This document shows, one piece after another, positions 59,760-64,000 of a stretch of DNA of 64,000 nt; position 1 is the first letter of the stretch, and each line of letters opens with the position of its first letter. The stretch comes from an uncultured Spirochaetota bacterium (GTDB taxonomy: Bacteria; Spirochaetota; Brevinematia; Brevinematales; JAOACQ01). The stretch covers positions 96,001 through 160,000 of the forward strand of contig CAWAOD010000018.1 in assembly GCA_963783575.1 (NCBI GenBank), in the 5' to 3' direction. A program made the position numbers and the translations under genes. A model generated the notes under the pieces. The model had not been told where the DNA came from. It ran no database searches and saw only the letters and a list, made by a program, of their open reading frames with translations.

Positions 59760-60723
59760 GATTAGCCTCACAAGCCATTACAAGACGCCTAATATCAAAT
59801 TCAGAATGCAGAAATGATATAAAACCTGCATCTCCATTAAACAGAATACCATAAGATAATAACTTTCTCTTATCTAAAATTTTATTAAGTTTGAAAATAC
59901 TTTTATTTTTATATTTAAATATTTTGGATTTTGACTTTATGATAAATTCCTCATAATTGATTTTCCTGTGGAATACATTGACAGTATCATAAATAGTCAG
60001 GGCTTTATATGAAGGAATATTCTCTCCTTCAATTTTATATTTCGATAGAATTACAGCACAATCCATTCCATTGGCAATATTGTTCGAGCTTAAGATTAAA
60101 TCAACTTTATCAAGATTTTTCAAGAAACCGAACTGCAGACGGAAAGCAGTCCTGCTCTCAAAAGAACAAGTGGTATCAGCTTTATAGTTTTCAAATGGAA
60201 AAGGCGACAGATTATTTTCAAAATCTATTGGTTCGCATATTAGCAAATCATACTTTCTGTCTATTCCAGCAGTTTCAATATTGATTTTTGGGAATGATTT
60301 CAATAATTGATTTTTTAAAAAACTTGTATTTACACCGATATTTTTAGGATTAAACCGGTTAATCACAGAATATAGGGCATTGTTTAAGTCATTGAAAAAA
60401 GCTATATGATCAAATTCAATGATGTTCTTAAACAAACGGATAATCTTTGCATCGAATTTATTGACAAAAAATGATGTTATACCGGCAGATATGCCATCTT
60501 TTATTGACTGAGTAATAGTTTTATAGTTATGTCCCATAATAACACTGCCATTATTTAGGAAAAAATCGATATACTTATTATTATCAATATCATAAATATA
60601 CTGATCTTTTTCACGTTTAACAATCAGTGAAATATTTTTTTGAAATCCCGTTTTTTGAAGTTTTAAAAAAAAATTACCAGATAACGGGGTTTTATATTCA
60701 CCGGAAACCGGGAAATATGACAT
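59752..60723 (-). CDS. Degenerate class III aminotransferase (HemL/GSAM-like)
   Basis: YIYDIDNNKYIDFFLNNGSVIMGHN, LICEPI, RTAFR, FISFLHSEFDI; only 323 aa; PLP-binding residues apparently absent. Confidence 0.6.
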   Translation of the reverse strand: MSYFPVSGEYKTPLSGNFFLKLQKTGFQKNISLIVKREKDQYIYDIDNNKYIDFFLNNGSVIMGHNYKTITQSIKDGISAGITSFFVNKFDAKIIRLFKNIIEFDHIAFFNDLNNALYSVINRFNPKNIGVNTSFLKNQLLKSFPKINIETAGIDRKYDLLICEPIDFENNLSPFPFENYKADTTCSFESRTAFRLQFGFLKNLDKVDLILSSNNIANGMDCAVILSKYKIEGENIPSYKALTIYDTVNVFHRKINYEEFIIKSKSKIFKYKNKSIFKLNKILDKRKLLSYGILFNGDAGFISFLHSEFDIRRLVMACEANLI

Positions 60724-60773
60724 AACCTACTCCGATAAATTAAGCATTTTTGATGGTAAATCGGACCACTGCC

Positions 60774-60806
60774 TAAAAAAGCTGGCATTTTAAGCCAGCT
60801 TTTTTA
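60774..60806 (-). terminator. Intrinsic terminator after rny
   Basis: TAAAAAA-GCTGGC-ATTTTAA-GCCAGC-TTTTTTA. Confidence 0.8.
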
Positions 60807-60807
60807 T

Positions 60808-62337
60808 TTATTTTGCGTATTCTACTACCCTTGTTTCCCTTATTAGAGTAACCTTTATTTGTCCGGGATACCTCATCTCACTTTCAATCTTTTTCGCAAT
60901 ATCTTTAGTGAGAATATAAGCTGATTCGTCATTTACCACATCGCTTGCCACAAAAACCCTAACTTCTCTTCCTGCCTGAATAGCATAGGCTTTTTCTATA
61001 CCTTGAAAGGAGGTAGCGATACTTTCAAGATTCTGTAATCTTTTCAGATAATCCTCAAAAGATTCTCTTCTGGCACCGGGTCGGGCTGCAGATATCGCAT
61101 CAGCTGCTGTTACGATAGATGCTTCAATATACTTTGCTTCTACCTCTCCATGATGCGCAGCAATAGCATTTACAATATTTTCAGATATGCCGAATTTATG
61201 AGCCACTTCCGCGCCAACTAAAGAGTGAACCCCTTCACCGGTACTTTTAATCCCCTTTCCGATATCATGCAGCAAACCGGCAATTTTTGCATTATCAACA
61301 TTAGAACGAAGCTCTCCTGCAATCATCCCAGCAAGGTTTGCGACTTCAATAGAGTGATAATAAACATTTTGGCCGTAACTTGTCCTGTATTTTAATCTTC
61401 CTACGTATGCATACAATTCCCTTGGCAGGTTAATCTTTAAATCCATGCTCGCCTGTTTACCGAGCTCGATTATTTCCTGCGCAATATCTTTCTCAACCTT
61501 AGCAATTATTTCTTCAATCCTGGCTGGATGTATTCTTCCGTCAATAATTAATTTTTCCAGTGCTTGTTTAGCAATTTCTCTACGGTAAGGATCAAAAGAA
61601 GAGATAATAACTACTTCAGGCGTATCATCAATTATCAAATCGACTCCTGCTATCGATTCAAATGCCCTAATATTCCTTCCCTCTCTTCCAATAATGCGGC
61701 CTTTCATTTCATCATTCGGTAAAGTAACTGTAGAAATCGTTTTTTCCGCCGTAACTTCTGCTGCATTTCGCTGTATTGCCGAAACAATTATTTCTCGAGC
61801 CTTGACTTCTCCCTGATCACGAGCTTCGTCTTCGATTTTCTTAATTACATTAATCGAATCCCTTTTAGCCTCGTCAACCATCTCATTTATCAGCTGCTGT
61901 TTAGCTTCAGCAGCTGTCATATGAGCCACCCTTTCAAGTTCTCTCAAATGCTTTTCATAAGCTTTTTTCAGTTCTTCCGATTTCCTTCTGAATTCCTTCT
62001 CTTCATTATCTAGCTCTCTTTCCTTTTTTTCCAGGACTTCAACTCTTTTATCGAGAGCATCTTCTTTTTGAACCAGACGTCGTTGAGCTTGTTGAAGCTC
62101 AAAATTCCTTTCTTTAAATTCCCTGTCCAGTTGCTTTCTTTCTTCAATTACCTTATCTTTTGCTTCAAGAAGGATCTCTTTTTTCCTGGACTCGGCATCC
62201 CTTTGAGCTATTTCCAGGATTTCCTTTACCTTTTCTTCCGCCGAATTTAATCGATACTTCGCTATTAAGATTCTAACAAAGTATCCAATCAAAATACCTA
62301 TTATAAGAGAGGGGATAGCATAAAATAAAATGTTCAT
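60808..62337 (-). CDS. rny: Ribonuclease Y
   Basis: N-terminal TM, coiled coil, KH (KGRIIGREGRNIR), HD (GLLHDIGK), ADAISAARPGARRES. Confidence 0.97.
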   Translation of the reverse strand: MNILFYAIPSLIIGILIGYFVRILIAKYRLNSAEEKVKEILEIAQRDAESRKKEILLEAKDKVIEERKQLDREFKERNFELQQAQRRLVQKEDALDKRVEVLEKKERELDNEEKEFRRKSEELKKAYEKHLRELERVAHMTAAEAKQQLINEMVDEAKRDSINVIKKIEDEARDQGEVKAREIIVSAIQRNAAEVTAEKTISTVTLPNDEMKGRIIGREGRNIRAFESIAGVDLIIDDTPEVVIISSFDPYRREIAKQALEKLIIDGRIHPARIEEIIAKVEKDIAQEIIELGKQASMDLKINLPRELYAYVGRLKYRTSYGQNVYYHSIEVANLAGMIAGELRSNVDNAKIAGLLHDIGKGIKSTGEGVHSLVGAEVAHKFGISENIVNAIAAHHGEVEAKYIEASIVTAADAISAARPGARRESFEDYLKRLQNLESIATSFQGIEKAYAIQAGREVRVFVASDVVNDESAYILTKDIAKKIESEMRYPGQIKVTLIRETRVVEYAK

Positions 62338-62691
62338 AAAAATCCCCTAAAATTTATTGCTGTTTTAACTGCTAATAATTTAAAGTCAATTTTAATTATT
62401 GTCAATCAATAATAAACTAAAACCCATATTATTAGAAATATTTTTTAATTTTCAATATTAATATAGAAGAACTAATTTTCACTGTTAAGGTTCAAATCAA
62501 AAATTAGTAGAGCTAAATATAAAAAATTAAATATTATACTAATATTCAATATATATTAAATATCGGACAAATTTAAAGATAATTTTAAATATTATTTCAT
62601 TTTATAAAAACATTTTGACAAATTCATTCATTTAAGCATAAAAATATAAAATAAATAAAAAGGAAGGCAATAATTTAATAAATTTAATTAG

Positions 62692-62729
62692 AAAAGGGCA
62701 GGGTAAATTATAACAAATAACCCTACCCT
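62692..62729 (-). terminator. Possible terminator after the lipoprotein gene
   Basis: Minus strand AGGGTAGGGT-15 nt-ACCCTGCCCT-TTTC. Confidence 0.45.
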
Positions 62730-62780
62730 CAATTATAACCAAGCATGCAATGTGTATAAAAAACAATTAGCATCTTAAAT

Positions 62781-63749
62781 TTAAGTGTTTGTCATATCAA
62801 TCATTCTGTCTAATCTTAACTTAATTGGTCCATACCTGTTTCTATGCCAGAATTCAAATTCAAGGTGATTGAAATTTGCCGAAAATTCTATTACTCTTAA
62901 AGAACCTTTTGCAGTAGAATTACTTGAACTTAAAACTGAAAGTGAACCATAACCGGCTGTATTAGCAGGATAACCGTCACCGTTAGAAATTGAATCAATA
63001 GTAAATACTTTTAAAATCGAATCATCATCGGATCCGTAATAAAATGAAGGACAATTAGTTAATTTTATTGAACCTATATTTGAAGTCCCCGATAATGCGA
63101 TGCCGGAATAGCAACCATTCGGATAAAAGGTGACTTCCACTTGATAAGGATTTACCCAGGGAGTCGTAACATATCCTGTCCATTTTCCTGCAATTCTCGA
63201 TTGATAAGCATCAAGATATACATAATTGGTATCATTTGTAATAATAGGTGAATCATTGTTAGTCACTGTATTTGTATCGTTTGTTCCAATAGATACTGTG
63301 ATATTACCACCAAGATTAATTATTATATCATAGTCATAACCTTTTTGAATATTAAAGTTATAACCACTATTGTTTGTTTCATTGGAAAGATTGATTTCCG
63401 AAAGATTCAATGTGTACGATCCAAAATCCATACCTGAAAAATGAATCGATGTATCATCACCGTTTCGCCAGTTCGTGATTAGATTTTCACCTGAAGGAGT
63501 AATAAGCCCTATTACAGCTTCAATTATTTTCAACTCATAAAGTTCGATAAAACTTTTAGAGGCAGCCCCCTGCAGAACAATGCTGAATGATGCTTTTCCC
63601 TGCGTATCAACGGTCTGTTTTATTGTTGCTGAACCACTCTGGTCATTAGGATTGAGGCCATCAGACTGATATGAACAGCCGGAATAGTAAAGAATAATCA
63701 AGATCAATAAAAAACACTTTTTCAGTACTACGAAATGTTCTCCTTTCAT
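62781..63749 (-). CDS. Hypothetical lipoprotein
   Basis: RBS GGAGG; hydrophobic stretch then YSG-C lipobox-like site; Thr/Asn-rich linker between two beta-rich regions. Confidence 0.7.
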   Translation of the reverse strand: MKGEHFVVLKKCFLLILIILYYSGCSYQSDGLNPNDQSGSATIKQTVDTQGKASFSIVLQGAASKSFIELYELKIIEAVIGLITPSGENLITNWRNGDDTSIHFSGMDFGSYTLNLSEINLSNETNNSGYNFNIQKGYDYDIIINLGGNITVSIGTNDTNTVTNNDSPIITNDTNYVYLDAYQSRIAGKWTGYVTTPWVNPYQVEVTFYPNGCYSGIALSGTSNIGSIKLTNCPSFYYGSDDDSILKVFTIDSISNGDGYPANTAGYGSLSVLSSSNSTAKGSLRVIEFSANFNHLEFEFWHRNRYGPIKLRLDRMIDMTNT

Positions 63750-63877
63750 ATGATATCCTCCTAAAATTTTATTAGAAGGATTATTTTAGCAATAATTCTT
63801 TTCAGAAACAATATAACAAATGTCACAATTTACATATGAAAAAAGTCATAATTTTATTATTATACGCCTGACAAATA

Positions 63878-64000
63878 TCATATTTTTTCACAAAAGTAAA
63901 TGTCTTCATCTTTTAACAAACCGAATTTCTCTATTATCTGTGTCCCGAGACTTTCGGCGTATTTATCAACCTTGACCCTGAATCCTGCCAATTCAAGTTT
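63878..64000 (-). CDS. 3' end of a gene, possibly a class I SAM-dependent methyltransferase (partial)
   Basis: Manual translation KLELAGFRVKVDKYAESLGTQIIEKFGLLKDEDIYFCEKI-stop; the L..AGF.V pattern resembles methyltransferase C-termini. Confidence 0.45.
   Translation of the reverse strand, partial: KLELAGFRVKVDKYAESLGTQIIEKFGLLKDEDIYFCEKI

Noticed and set aside
60607..60622. Third parS-like sequence TTTTTCACGTTTAACA
   Set aside because: Three mismatches and broken symmetry; inside a CDS.
62338..62690. 6S RNA upstream of rny (common zapA-ssrS-rny synteny) or oriC
   Set aside because: The region is extremely AT-rich with no long GC-containing rod structure, no zapA, and no DnaA boxes seen.

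Overview
AT-rich, gene-dense chromosomal window from a probable spirochaete. This is inferred from a spirochaete-type FlgF/FlhO insertion, an OmpA protein with FlgD-Ig/'FSPDGDG' repeats, a BMP lipoprotein ABC system and obgE-proB linkage. The window is probably origin-proximal: it holds parA-parB, two parS palindromes, tRNA-Phe-rpmH-rnpA-yidD and yidC-mnmE, but no dnaA or DnaA-box cluster is visible. Most content is housekeeping: queA, carB, dut, galT, proB/proA, obgE, dapL, lysC, rny, flgG/flgF, comEC and a nucleoside ABC transporter. There is also a cluster of exported TPR proteins and an Ehr-type (hydrogenase-4-like, Ni-ligand-free) membrane complex. Three genes (queA, an ABC permease, parA) carry single-base frameshifts, most likely assembly errors. 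No transposase, integrase, prophage or CRISPR array was seen. The items most worth follow-up are a 21-aa tandem-repeat coiled-coil protein and a 57-aa two-TM protein (both missing from the ORF track), Thr-Asn dipeptide enrichment in exported proteins, two apparent pseudo-enzymes (a HemL-like protein without the PLP lysine, and a membrane TPR protein with a degenerate Mrr-type nuclease domain), a pseudoknot-compatible intergenic element at ~48.25 kb, and a 100-bp tandem hairpin repeat after the Ehr operon. All calls come from reading the sequence by eye; no searches were run.
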